A stretch of 16,512 nucleotides of DNA from Cyanophyceae cyanobacterium (GTDB lineage Bacteria; Cyanobacteriota; Cyanobacteriia; Cyanobacteriales; JBHJGN01): assembly GCA_050331735.1 (NCBI GenBank), contig JBHJGN010000069.1, positions 1 through 16,512 of the forward strand. The letters are read 5' to 3'. Positions 16,476-16,512 of the stretch are shown here, in pieces (positions within the stretch are counted from its first letter, which is position 1; each line of letters starts with the position of its first letter). The position numbers and the translations under genes are program-made. A model generated the notes under the pieces. That model saw only the letters and a list, made by a program, of their open reading frames with translations. It was not told the origin of the DNA and ran no database searches.

Positions 16476-16512
16476 ACTCATCAAGTCTCCTATTACTTTT
16501 TCTAATTGGTAT

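Noticed and set aside
16227..16484. 85-aa ORF on the - strand
   Set aside because: Its N-terminus (GKGEGVKGKGK) is just the translated heptamer repeat and there are no protein features.
1..16512. CRISPR array, tRNA/rRNA, transposase, integrase or defence genes
   Set aside because: No regularly spaced repeats, cloverleaf or rRNA signatures, or such protein motifs were seen.

Overview
Cyanobacterial chromosomal window (at least 13 HIP1 GCGATCGC octamers; photosystem II genes). Left to right: (1) the 3' end of a probable polysaccharide operon on + (partial GT2-like glycosyltransferase, sulfotransferase-like protein, membrane-anchored GH10 glycoside hydrolase); (2) on -, ccdA and ccs1/ccsB (system II cytochrome c maturation) followed by an orphan OmpR-type response regulator; (3) a complete polyamine-type ABC transporter cluster potB-potC-potD-potA on +, with a structured leader carrying two small uORFs and a perfect NtcA box in front of potD; (4) a 658-bp hairpin-rich spacer, then glycogen phosphorylase glgP ending at a bidirectional terminator; (5) on -, the conserved rubA-ycf48-psbE-psbF-psbL-psbJ cluster (psbF/L/J are absent from the ORF track and were translated by hand); (6) a heptamer repeat with G4 potential at the right edge. 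Most genes are well-known housekeeping genes. The best candidates for something undescribed are the pot leader, the multi-stem RNA-like structure upstream of glgP, and the GT2-sulfotransferase-GH10 module. All RNA structures were paired by eye and not computed.
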